A stretch of 64,000 nucleotides of DNA. Origin: Hormiphora californensis. Lineage: Eukaryota > Animalia > Ctenophora. The notes beneath the pieces were generated by a model. That model searched no databases. It was not told the origin of the DNA and saw only the letters and a program-made list of their open reading frames with translations. Location of the stretch: NCBI GenBank assembly GCA_020137815.1, contig CM035362.1, forward strand, positions 2,666,001 to 2,730,000, in the 5' to 3' direction. Each line of letters opens with the position of its first letter. The stretch's first letter is position 1. A program made the translations under genes and the position numbers. This document shows, in pieces, positions 12,764-25,493 of the stretch.

Positions 12764-13851
12764 TGAGTGTATGCTTGTTTTTACAGACCATTCTCCTTCC
12801 GCCTGTGCTTGATTCCTACATAAGTTAACATCCACTTCGACATTCGTTTGCTCAGCGTTTCGTCTACTTTTTGATAAACGTCTGTCAGCACACATTCAAT
12901 GGTGAAGGTGTCAGGCAGTAGTAAAGTCTTGTTTACCTAATACCTAGCGTCAATTCGTTAGATGCTGGCAATAATTGTTGATGTGTCATTTAAATGTCAT
13001 GTGCCTATATATTATACATGTCTTAGGCTCATCCTTGTTGTCTGATATTTCAAGGCTCAACTCTCCTTTTTGCAGCTGTATGTACAGTGTACACACTGTT
13101 TTCAATGTACCAACTACCATTGCCATTAGTTTATATCTTCCTTTCCTGTTATATCTTGCTTGTTCTCTAATCGAGGCTATCCATAAAGTTCTATTCTTGG
13201 GTTTCCCTGACTTGTGTTAGAGAACTAATGGCCAATCCACACCAAAACTTTCCAAACGCCTTTTTGTTTTGCCTTAGGCTTTGTAAAATGTATACACAGG
13301 GGGCATAGAACAATGTGCTTAACAGACCCGTACACATCTAGTAGTATACAGCACTGAGCACACAAACAGCACACAAACAATTATAGAAGGCCTAGCCTTT
13401 TGGTTGTGTTGTGTTGTCCTCTATGGTAATATTTCCATGTGGTTATAGGCTGTTGAATAACTCAACAATGTCTAGGTACCTGGTACAATATGTTTGTATA
13501 GCTACATCTTGTTAGTTCCTTCTTCTTCTTCTGCTTATAGTTTGACAGGGCCCTCTACAAGACATGACCGACCCGGAACAACAACACCATGACAACATAT
13601 CTCTGACAGACCTATCGGCAGTGCCACCCTGACACTATTGTATTGTCCACCAGTTGGTATGTAACCTAGCTTTGCTTTTTGTTGAACGATCGAAGCAGAA
13701 TTTTACGCCGAGAAAGACAGTTATTGTATTTATTTTTCTCGAGGACGCTTCTGACACTCGTAAAAGCCTAAACATTCTGACCAAGTTTTATCAAAATTAG
13801 GGCTGTTATCTCTCACTTTAAATTCCATTTCCTCCAGCGCCCGATGCTGAT

Positions 13852-16130
13852 ATGGCAGCAGATAATGTAAGCGAGGCCCAAAGCGAGGACTACTTTTATC
13901 CCACCGCACTTGATATCGAAAACAGATATGTGGTTGAAATTTTCAAACGAAGGACTCGGTTATGGAAGGCATTTTGGGTGATAGCGGGTATTTTGATGCT
14001 GGGTTTCAGTATCTGGCTCGTCACCCTTCTCATACAAGACTATTTAACATACTCATTCGTACAATCTGTACTATAGCAGTTTATCATCCAGCTATACGCT
14101 CCCAGCAATCACAATCTGCAATTTGAACCTTCTTGATAGGACTCGATTAGAGAAACAGTATTTGATAACAAGTCAGGGCCAGAACCTGACTTATGAGGAT
14201 ATTTATAAGGGTATTCAGATGGAGTATTCAGACCGAGAAGGCGGTAATTCAACTTCAATCAATGGCCTGGATGAATTTGAAGCATTGATTAATGGTGTAG
14301 ATTTCTATACCAACTATTCCATGGACATCAAAAGCGAGATAGTAGGGGATGTCACCTTCGCGAAAAGCACCTACTCATTTGATGCTATCGGTGAGGTTGA
14401 AACGACTGAGAGGGGAAGTTGTCTCGACATCAATGACGATTCAATCCTAGTACAGAAAGTAGCAGGTCCCACTGGGGGTATGATGATTACCCTTGATGCT
14501 GAGATCTCCAAGTATATGAGTTTACAGTCAGCAGCCGGGTTTTCAGTTGTGCTCAGGTCTCCCAATGAGACTGTTATCAGTAAGGAGTTTGGGTTTTCTG
14601 TTCATCCTGGAAAGAGATATCTTATTAACATGCGGACTACAGATGTGACTAGGTAAGCTTTGTTTGTCTGCCAGTGCGGATCCGAATCTGAGCGCACTGT
14701 CGAAACGGGTTATGACAGTGCCATACAGTCACTGAAATCTGTACGAGACGTTAAAAATTCTACACATTTTGCAGGATTGAATCACCGTGGGGTAATTGTA
14801 CCAACCAGGTTGATATAATGGATTTGGAAGGATATTACACTACCAAGGAATGCTTCCTCAATCAGATTCTCTACTCCTATCCTGGCCTGCAGGGTGACTG
14901 TACCTGCTTTCCCTGGTTCTTTGTTACCAGGTAGGAATTTATGTTCTAACCCTCGGCCTCCTTTGCAATACCATTGCGGGGCGAGGTGAAAGAGGGTCGA
15001 ACAAGGCAACACCGATCACTGTTGGATCTTTGTGAGATTGAAGAAGTAGTTTTGCTATGAAGTAGCATTTTTCGAAGCTTTGTAAAGATCTCAAGGGCCA
15101 CGGTATCAAACTTGTTATTTTCTTACACGATTTTCAACTTTTCAGGTTCCTACAAAATGAGTCAAGCCGGAAATATGACAAATATGTGAAAATGCGAATG
15201 ATTTACTACTGGACTGAACAGATAGAGGAAGAGGAGCTTCGGTTAACGTTCAACGAGACTTGTTATTACACTGACAGTCCTATAGAGTAAGTACAGTCGG
15301 ACACCGATTTAGTGGCATCCTCGGGGGGAAAAAAATCCTGCCACTAAATCGGGGGGCCACTAAATCGGGGTCCGACTGTAGTTCCAGAAACGAATAGTTT
15401 TTATGTAAGAACCGGCATAATGTACAACTTTCTAAACAAATATATTGTCTGCAGCTTTACTGATAAGAAGATTAAAACTCAAACGAATATCACGGATAAG
15501 GAAGCTTGTTCGGCATTATGTGGTAACCATGACGACTGTAAGTTTATGTCATAGATGTTGAGATGTTTAGAATGACTCGAGCCCTAAATATTGTCCTGGG
15601 ATGATCCCTATTACTATTTGTCGAGTGTCAACCTTTTTTGTGTAGTACGTAGTGGGATGCATGAGATCAGACCACGCATAACACCACAAGACTTCTCATC
15701 TAACTATATCTAATGCAAATTTGGGTGGAAATGTGACACCCTATCGTCAGTGTGACGACGTGATACGTCACTGTGAGGACGTGATCCGTCACTGTGACGA
15801 CGTGATCCGTCACTGTGACGACGTGATTCGTAGGTATCGCGTATCACATGTGCTAGAGAACTGCTTGCGAACTAAAGGGGTCACTTCACTTACATAAAAG
15901 GGAGAGAAAGAGAGAGAGGAAAAAGAGAGGGGTCACATCACATAGCATATATCATGGGCGAGAGAGAGAGTGAAGGAGAGACAGTGAAACAGAGAGGCCG
16001 TAGACTTCAGAACGAGACAGAGAGAGACGGAGAGACAATCAGTGAGATAGACAGTGAGATATACAGAGAGATAGAGAGTGAGACAGCGAGAAAAAAGATA
16101 GAAACAGAGAGAGAAACAGAGAGGGAAAGA

Positions 16131-16191
<61 letters not shown>

Positions 16192-18438
16192 TATGGAAAC
16201 AGATTCCTCGATTGGCGATCGGTACGATCGCCCCAGTTTTGCTAGTAATATTAATATGTGTTACCAGGCAGGTACTTCATGTACAGTACAAAGGATAACG
16301 ACTACCTAGCAGCAAAGGAGTGTTCGCTGTTCAAATCTGGAGCCAGCTACACCGAGCTGACAACAAATAATGTCGGGAATGTAAACACTAGTGGACTTAT
16401 ACCCGGTAGGAAGTAGGAAGTAGTAACATAGAGATCAGGCAAGCGTTTATATTCGTCCTGAAAGCGAGAATCTAAGGTTCTTTTTTGAAGAATTTCCCTG
16501 ATCGGTTTTAGATTAAAGACAAACATTGTTAAGTTAACTTAACAAACACACTTGAACAGCTGTCTGGCGTGCACGAAAACGGGTTTGGTACACGCTGCTG
16601 GACAGTTGAAAAGAGAGATAACCCAACTCCACAATTGCAGGTGACACAAAGTGTGTGAACATTGATAGTTGTGGGCTCAGTCAACAGATAGAGTGTGAGA
16701 ACGAGATTATGAACAAACTGATGGTAGGGGATATAACTGTCCCCACGTGCTATGAGCCTTGTACCTACGGAAAATATGATTTCACTATGACGAGCGAGGA
16801 TTACCCAACGGAATTGTTAGTGCACTGCTAAGTTACTGAGTTGATACCGTATTTTGAACGTTTCATGCTGTGCAAGAATGTCGACCCGCAAAAAATAACC
16901 CCTCCCCTTAAAGGTTGACAAGATACCTAAAACTTTTCGAATATCGTCTTATTTTGATTTATCATTAATTTTCAGCATTTTTTCAGAATTTTTTGTCGGC
17001 TAGAAAAAAATTCGAAATAGGGGGTCAACCGATATTGTCAGCACTGGTTTTACTGGGCACACTCACTGCGTCTCGCAAATTGAAATTCACGTTTCCGGTT
17101 CCTCAAAAGATAGCTACATGATCTTGGTTGCGTTGGATTGGTCTCAATAAGACCTTTCCAACGCTACCAAAACGGTTTCTGTATCTCATCAGGAACCGGA
17201 GATATTACGGTATCAATTTTTAAATTGCGCCTCTCGTTTATCAGTAGACCCCCTATTTTGCACATATTTCTAGCCGACAAAAAATTCTGAAAAAATGCTG
17301 AAAATTAATGATAAATCAAAATAAGACGATATACGAAAAGTTTTAGGTATCTTGTCAACCTTTAACAAGCTCACTGGATAAAATCTCCAATTGTGCGTTA
17401 TCATATCCCGCTCCTAACGGATACTAATATTGTTCTTACTAGATACTGGGAGGAATCAAAGCTCGATACGAATGCAGTGTACACGTGGGAGGAGGCAAAG
17501 CAGAATCTGGTTCAGCTGGTATTTTATAGTGATCTCATGATGGACTATGAAGATACCCAGGTATAGTAATTATTGCATAGGCATAACAGTCGCACATACC
17601 CTTAGGCCTTACCCCCGCAACGAGGGGCCTGCAGCGTATGCCAAATTCTTCGAGGTGTAATTGGGTAATTTGTTCTGATTTTTATTAAGTGTGCAACTTT
17701 GAGCTGAGTATCAAACTAACCAACCTATGATTAATTTCAGACTGCCAGCTACGAGATACAGAACTTTATTGCAGAGATGGGAGGTATCTCAGATCTGATG
17801 ATTGGAATTTCATTCTTCACATTCTTCCAGGTATGTACATCAATTCTTTGTTTTCAAGGAAGCAATTAGGTCTGAGATACCAGACCACCATCTCTATTAT
17901 AATTTGGAGATGAACGTCGTCGAAGTCGTTCGTTAGGCGGTATCTAAGCGACAGACTGCTCCTTCATAAAACACTCTATGTGCCCAAAGCTGTAAAGCTG
18001 TTACTCACAGTTTTGGAACTTCCAGTGGAAGTTGATTAATATTTTCGAATGCCTTTTAACATGCCAGTCCCCATAGTTACCAATTCAGTTGCCATGGCAA
18101 CCGTGTTGAAAGGGACGAAAAGAACCACCAGGCGAAGCCGGGTGGGTTATCATTTATCAAAATGCCCTTACTTGAGCGCACCCAATGGGTGCGCTAGTCT
18201 TCTTTTATGATGCAATAAATGCTCATTTAAGGAACTATCACCAAGTCAGATATACCCTGTGAGATGACGATTCTGTAACTGTGTAACTTTCAGTCAAATA
18301 CTTCCCCTATTTCAGGCATTGGAGTGGTTTATTGTAAAGATAGTACACCGAGAGACCCGTGCTAAAACACCCCGAGGTTCAAGGAAGACTTCCCCAACAG
18401 CCAATCCAAACGTTGTCATGACCAGTCTAGATGGATGA
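13852..18438 (+). CDS. DEG/ENaC (ASIC-like) channel subunit with an inserted PAN/Apple domain (9 exons, one +1 frameshift)
   Basis: Exons 13852-14652, 14775-14930, 15146-15286, 15455-15537, 16268-16405, 16641-16815, 17443-17560, 17741-17830, 18316-18438. TM1 FWVIAGILMLGFSIWLV; LPAITICNLN; SPWGNC; CYEPC; TM2 FIAEMGGISDLMIGISFFTFFQ. One extra base near 14071-14074. Confidence 0.9.
15294..15378. mobile_element. Tc1/pogo-like MITE at the donor of ENaC intron 3
   Basis: gtaagTA|cagtcggacaccgatttagtgg...gggtccgactg|TA. Confidence 0.85.
15735..16245 (+). mobile_element. Non-autonomous Helitron-like element in ENaC intron 4
   Basis: 21-bp repeats gtgacgacgtgatccgtcact, a (GA)n tract, and a terminal hairpin plus CTAG at 16242-16245. 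Confidence 0.6.
16912..17361. mobile_element. Kolobok-like MITE (TTAA TSD, AGG termini)
   Basis: ttaa|aggttgacaagatacctaaaac...gttttaggtatcttgtcaacct|ttaa; TIR about 100 bp or more. Confidence 0.8.
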
Positions 18439-19216
18439 AATACTGTCAGGCCAATGCTCTGATCACTGTTCTCGTGCGCTGAGAATAGGGTGAGGCCAAT
18501 GCTAGTTCAGATGAACTTCCAGTGTATTTAGTGTGTTCGATATTCAGACATGGATTCCAACCTGGCACCGAGCCAGCTGTGGAAAACAACTTAATTAAAG
18601 ACTCTCGTTATAATCGGCCCTTGGTCGAGTATCAATCGCTAGTTGTGGTAAATGCGATCCAGTTGCATAGCTAATTAAAAGACTGAAGACACACCTCAAG
18701 CCGGATAAACATTGGGTGATTATATGCTACACGTGTTACACGTGTTGTTTATCAGAGAATATACTTGAATGGCTGAAGCGATCACATGGACCGCCACGTT
18801 GAATTGTTCATACTTTGAGCGCGGACACAGCTCAGTGTCATGCGACTCAACCGCCACGGATCTTCACTGTATATATTATTGTTATAGATTGTATCAATTC
18901 ACAGAAAGAAAAAACACGCGAATTTTATTGTATGATAAAAATTCGAAATATAACAAAATTCTTATTCCTAACATATTCAGATTTTATATTTGGTTCAGTC
19001 TATCTGTAAAACGACTCTCCCCATCGTCTTATTATATGTTCTATGATATTCTAGGGGGTATCCCCAAATCAATCACCCAGAAAATAGGGGAAAACTAATA
19101 GCACCTTTCTAGCACCTTTATCAACATTTAGCACCGTGTCCTTCTCTGTTTAGTTGTCTCTATATCTAAAAACACCTCTCTTCCAAACTCTCTATAACCG
19201 ATCTAAAAATACCTCC

Positions 19217-22200
19217 CTATGACCTATAACGTGATACCCTCCGGTACCCTCTACCAAAAACCTCACAAATCCATCTCCTAAACTCAGTCCATGCCACTGA
19301 GACCTCTTTCTTAAATGCAAAGTTCCTTGTGTAGTAGACTAGGGGGTTAATTCCAGAGTTAGCGAAGGCTCCAACAGGAAACAGGGTAAACAGGTAGAGA
19401 AGATGAACGTCATTCAGGTGCTGCAGGAGAGGTTAGTATTACGATGTAATGTGTACTGCACTGACTTTTATAGGACGACCCCAGAACGGCTTTAATTTGA
19501 ATGTTTGATACTTAATAGGGTGAGCCTGAACCACATAACCACATTATAACCACATATGATCTAATGATCCTGAACACTTACCCGTCTCATTCTGAGTGGT
19601 TTATCGAAGAATCCCAGTAGAACCCAACTAAATATAATGAACCAAGAGAGATAGCAGAAGATAAACAGTACAACCATTAGTAGTACAGTCATTGCTCCCT
19701 TTTTCCTTCTCTCCAATACTTTACACTCCTTATGCCGCAGTCTTGATACACTGAAATAAAAGGAAGTGTAAAACTAAAACACGAAATAAAATAAATTGTA
19801 AAACTAATTTATACGAAATTATTTACCGGTTTTGAATCTAAATTCCCAGGCTATTATATACCTGATTGTGGCTTTGTTGACCAAGCTTTTTAAACTTTTA
19901 GCAGTTGATTTCTTTTTCATTGGGGTGTCTGGGGTGTTGAGACTCTGCTGGCTGGTACAGGCGATAACGGACACTGACAGCCTTCGTGCCTGGGTCCGCG
20001 GTAACGATAATCCTCCTGTGGGGAGAAAGTGTGGAACATAGGAAATCATATAATAGGGCCAGAAGTAAAATGAAGTCTGGAGTGCTGCAAAAGGGGGATA
20101 AATTCAGCGAAATTCAGCATTCTAAAAACATCACACTAACCTCCTAATGAGGGCGATGGGCTAATAACACCACTTTCCCGCCTGCTACATCTCCGACTAT
20201 TCGGTGCAGTGTGACACAACTTCTCACCATCTGTCAAGAATGTATGGAGAGGGAGTGAGCTCAAAACTGGGGAGCAGGAACCGACCGAAACAAGTAAACA
20301 ACCAATCAGAACTCGTTATTTAGGTCACGTGACTGGTTATCAACCAATCAGGGACCAGTATTTCTTGATTCGGTCGGTTCCTGCTGGGGAGCATTCGCTG
20401 TCAGGCCGATGCTCTGACCTCGGTTCTCGAGAGAAAAGAGTCAGGCCAATATGCTCTGATAGAGCATTCGAGAGAGCAATGGGATGAAAACTGATCATAA
20501 TCTTGAAATATCACTATGTTACGAACGACACTCTGTTGATAACGCTGGGACTTGTCATGCTCGAAAATAAATCAGCTTGCAACACTAACCAGGATTCATG
20601 GCAGGGGTTGATTCACTGTGTAGGAGTTGTTTACCAACTGACAACAAGCCGGGTTGTGATGGTAACTTGTTATCTGGACTGGCACAACTGTGATGGGGCT
20701 GAAAAAGTGAGGTACAATATATTAGGGAGGTATTAGTGAGGTATAACATTGCATACATTATTAGGGAGCTGGAGATCGGAGAAGAAGACGGCCTGTCAGG
20801 CCAATGCTCTGACCGCAGTTCTCGCGTGATACGCGTGCAGAACTGAAGAAATGAGAGAAGAGTCAGGACAATGCCCTGACAGAAGACGACCGACTTGGAT
20901 TGGCAGACTTTCTCAGAATTCAGAGAGTTTCTCGTGCTAACAAGAATTATTGCATTATGTATTCATAATGCAGTGTTTCCCTGCCCTCCGTCGACAGGAT
21001 CAGTATCACACTATCAGTATCACAATATCAAGGCTTGGTAACAATGTGAGATGTATGCGTCCTGTATGTATACAGTTACACAGCTGTTTTACTCTACCCT
21101 CACCCCTTCAGCAACAGTGTTGTGAGCGCCGCGCACAGCTTTGAAAAATAAGCGTCCTAACATCATATTTCATCAAAACAGTTATTTGATTTTATGAAGG
21201 AGCAGTTACTATGCTGCTACCGTGACACACGCGATTTTGACCACGCTCGAGTTACTATTTCAAATCCGAGATTTCTAAACCCTTTATGATCTTTTTAGCA
21301 CACGTGCTAAAACGATCATCCGGGTGGATGCCCTTCGGGCATCCACCCGGGCAGGGAAAAAATACCACTTACCAAGTCAAACTGGCCTGAAGAGATCCTT
21401 CTGAGGCAGTGTGAGTTTCTTCGAATGTTACTGATTTCAGAATCGGATCCATGGGTTATATCATCAAACCCTAGACTTCCTGTTTCAACTGACTCTGAAA
21501 TTATAACCGGGGTATTAATTAAGTTCCCCTCTCGGTCATTATCAGACATTCATATATGGAACCCATTTAGGGCGGGGGTTCATCTGACTCTGGTATAATT
21601 ACTTGGGGGGGGGGGGTGTGCCAAATTCAGGAGATATTCTTTACCTTCGCAGTAAGTTGAAAATATATTTCCATCACTGTTCTGCTGGTTCAGAACAATC
21701 TTCTCTCCATTGCTACGAAGTGGTCTGATTTCATTGAATTCCTGGGGCTCTGCCACTATAAAACTTATCCGATGGACTCTGTCGTGGTGACCTGATAGTA
21801 AGAAGATCATTACTCATTCACATGGAATAACGATAGTTCTATAGATAGATGGATGAATGTGTGGAATTTTATTGAGCCTCTATGTCGAACCACACTATAT
21901 TAATTGGCATGTAAATTGTTCGAACAAAGGACGAAATGGGAAGTTGTGGTTTCGGTGTACATCAATCCGGAAATAGCAATAAACTGACGTATCTCCATTC
22001 TAAAGACACGACGAAAACTGACGTATCTCCATTTTTAATTAATTAATTCTAAAGACATAACGAAAGGTGGTTCAATGAAAGCAAAACCAAAACTAACCAT
22101 TAGGAGCGCTAGTTTTCACCTCCGCTAACTCGTGATCATTCCGTGGACCCTCCTCTAGTCTGTGTTTAGCTGGGGGACACCCTGTGATTTGGGAAATTGT

Positions 22201-24305
22201 GGGTAATATAAGCCATAAGGAGAATTAGCATCGAAACATCCATGCAAGAGGGATGTTTAGTTGGAATCTGTTCATCGCAAAAGTGCTCGATCACAGCAGT
22301 CAGCAGTGAGAGCGTAGTTATTCAACTAATGCAAGCGAGGGATTCATCCCGGATGCATGCATTCGTCCAATATTTATTAACCACAGCTGTAATGTCGTTA
22401 TCTGGTAACTTACAGATGAGTGGTTGAGTGCTACATGTTTCAGATAACTTCACAATCTTTGCTTTATCAATGTTTGTAGCCAGCTGTTTTCGACGTCTGG
22501 GGGGTGGGATAAATTAGTCATTACACGTCAAAATAATTCACATCTATGTAAACAGGTGCCAGGCATTCAGCTGTTCTTCAGTAGTTTCTTTTTCATACAT
22601 CCACGCTCTCCCACGCGTATGATTTTTGTTTTTACCGTCCACTTTAGGAGAAGGGTGATCCCATAAACCGACAGCTCAACCTCACCCTGACCCACTCCCA
22701 AGTTTGTCAAAAAAAGTAACAAATAAAGTGGGTAACCTACTTGTCAATGCTCTTTACAATCCTGACATACACCAAAGTGCTGGTGACCACCATCACAAGG
22801 AAGGGAAGGAAGGTGGGCACTATCTGAACCAATGTGAAACTGGTAATCTTCATTTGGGGAGAGTCCAGGTCTTCCATCAGGTCGTAACTACACCTCAACT
22901 GTCTCTAAATGAGGGAGGGATGGGTTAGTGTCTCTAGAGGGGGAAGGGGGAATAATTATAGATGTCTCTATTAGGAGAGGAGTGGGTCATATGTCTCTAG
23001 GGAGGGGGGGGGGTAAAATAGATGTCTCTAGAGATTGGGAGGTCTAGAACTAGAAATGTTAATAAAACTGGCTGTGCAATTATACACACGAGTTAGTACA
23101 CACACAAGAAGTTTTGGTTTTTGCAAAGTTATAAACTTACATAAAAGTAGATGTATCCTTTTCCCCTAAAGTAGGGTAGAGCAGAGAGGATGATAGAGAT
23201 GACCCAGCTAGCTGCTACGATTACCCTGACCATGCTGATGGCCTGTCGCACGTGTGACCGGTAGAAGTTGGGGTAGAACAGAGCCACAAACCTATCCACA
23301 CTCACTACCTGATGTAATTTAAGAGTAATTAGAATGATAAATATATATCAACAGCGAAGGTAGGAAAAAATGAAAAGGCAAAGGTGATATGAATAGAAAA
23401 TACAGCCGATTGAGAGCAGAGAAACCTATATTACGAGCACTTACAGCAATAAGAAAGATACTGGTCCTGGACACTATATTGAAAAGGATACCAATCGAGG
23501 AACAGATGACCTTTGTTGAGGTGTTCTTCATATCCAAATTCCGGTCCTGGAACAAACAAAATTGGAATTAGAAGCTGTCAGAGCATTGTAGACTGATCCT
23601 TTTCCAATTCCTTTTGAATATCGCGCAAGAACCGTTATCAGAGCATTGGCATCACAGATTAGAAGCGATTAAATGGGTCATACACAAAACTGATGATGCC
23701 TGACATAAATCAACCGAAAGCTTCATATACTTTATTGAATGTTAGTATGTACTGCCAAATCGTTGTTTTTTTAATAGTCACCCAATTTTACTCAAAACAA
23801 AGAATTCCAAATGGTACCTGTGCTATGAGTATAGCTGAGAAGGGAATACAAATGAAACCATTTATTAGATCAGTCAGTGCCAAGTTGAGGAAAACCAGCC
23901 TGGATAAACAAAACAGTTTAGATAATAATTCGAGATTCCAAATGATCAATATTTAATCCAAGTCGACTTTAATTATTCAAAATTAGCTTGATGGCTATAC
24001 AGTGCTCAATTTTTGCAGAGAGCTATTAACACGAAAACCAAAGAAAACGAATTTTCTGTGTTACGAACTTCAAGGTATTCTTGAGGTGCAGATACAAACT
24101 GAAAATGGAACAAGAGAAAAGGTGTTTTTATTATTCCTTACCGTGTTATGGTTGCGGTACTCTGACGATGTTTGTTCCGTATCATCCTCCCAAATATATA
24201 CATTGACAAGCTATTACCCAGCGCAGCAAACACAGCAAGTAGAACCAGTAGGGTGATGAGAATCAACTCGACCCCGGGGATTATCTCAGACATTTGGGAG
24301 GCCAT
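19217..24305 (-). CDS. Rhodopsin-class (class A) GPCR, 13 exons, very long third intracellular loop
   Basis: Exons 24305-24142, 23899-23818, 23546-23445, 23308-23141, 22904-22741, 22496-22414, 21791-21645, 21589-21373 (problematic), 20698-20590, 20230-20141, 20015-19862, 19750-19582, 19420-19217. Motifs: GN (TM1), NLALTD (TM2), SVDRF, TM6 FIFCYLSW, NSGINPLVY. Confidence 0.88.
20275..20383. mobile_element. hAT-like MITE (CAGGAACCGACCGAA TIR, 8-bp TSD)
   Basis: TSD ctggggag on both sides. Degenerate copies at ~27053-27165 and ~51815-51916. Confidence 0.85.
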
Positions 24306-24681
24306 AACTTGTAGCCTGAAATACATTGAATTAAAATTACTCAGAATATAACCCATCATTTGCAGTAAGAAGCAGTTCCTGGTAAACAAAAAATGTGAAA
24401 CAAGTGCCTTTCCTAGTAAAGCTACACACGATCGTGATGATATTAAGCACTATAAGAGGGATTGTAAAAAGAGAAAGGGAGTTATTGAGTAAGAGACAAT
24501 ATACATGGGAGCTGCGACTAATGACAGGGTGAATATTCTGAACCTGATCGTATAAAGGAAACAACTAGACCCAATTGTTTTAAGAATAATGTATGCAGTG
24601 CAGTGCGAGCTGATCAGAGAGCTGTAGTGCGGATGAATATTTTTAGAAAAAAGCACGGAGTACAAATTTAATTAAAGAGAA

Positions 24682-24724
<43 letters not shown>

Positions 24725-24891
24725 GAGAGAGAGTGAGATTGTAGTGATGATGATCATGTCCACGTTGATGCATCACGGTGGCCCACGGTGTACTGAAAAA
24801 CAAACAGCTGTTCAACTAAACAACACGCTGAGAGATAGATATATAGAATAGATAGATGGTGAGATGAAGATAGTGAGATGGTGAGAGATGA

Positions 24892-24923
<32 letters not shown>

Positions 24924-25280
24924 ATGGTGACAGAGAGATGGTGACAGAGAGAAAGTGAGAGATGAAGAATGAAGATAGTGTGAGAGAGAGAGAGGATTGA
25001 TAGAGATGGTGAGAGATAGTGATGGGATAGAGCGAGACAGAGAGAGATAGAGATAGAGCGACATAGAGGAAAGAATATGAAATTGGACAGTCCATTCATT
25101 AGGCACAAAGTATAATAAGTTTTTACCAAGAATTATCTTCTAATAAAAGTTATACTCCCAAGAATAAAAGGAATTATACCGACTAAGAACATTATATAAG
25201 AGCCTCATCACTATGTGTGGTGCGGTAACAGAATATCATTATCCATGTACATTATTCAATTCCACATTACTCGACTATTG

Positions 25281-25493
25281 AAGGAGAGAGAACCTTACTC
25301 TAATCAAGGAGAGAGAACCTTACTCTAATTAAGGAGAGAGAACCTTACTCTAATCAAGGAGAGAGAACCTTACTCTAATCAAGGAGAGAGAACCTTACTC
25401 TAATCAAGGAGAGAGAACCTTACTCTAATCAAGGAGAGAGAACCTTACTCTAATCAAGGAGAGAGAACCTTACTCTAATCAAGGAGAGAGAAC
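25281..25493. repeat. Minisatellite, 25-bp unit aaggagagagaaccttactctaatc, ~8 copies
   Basis: Seen directly. Confidence 0.95.

Noticed and set aside
25281-25493. CRISPR-like look of short repeat arrays (also 44628, 55189, 62530)
   Set aside because: Head-to-tail units with no unique spacers, no cas genes, eukaryotic context.
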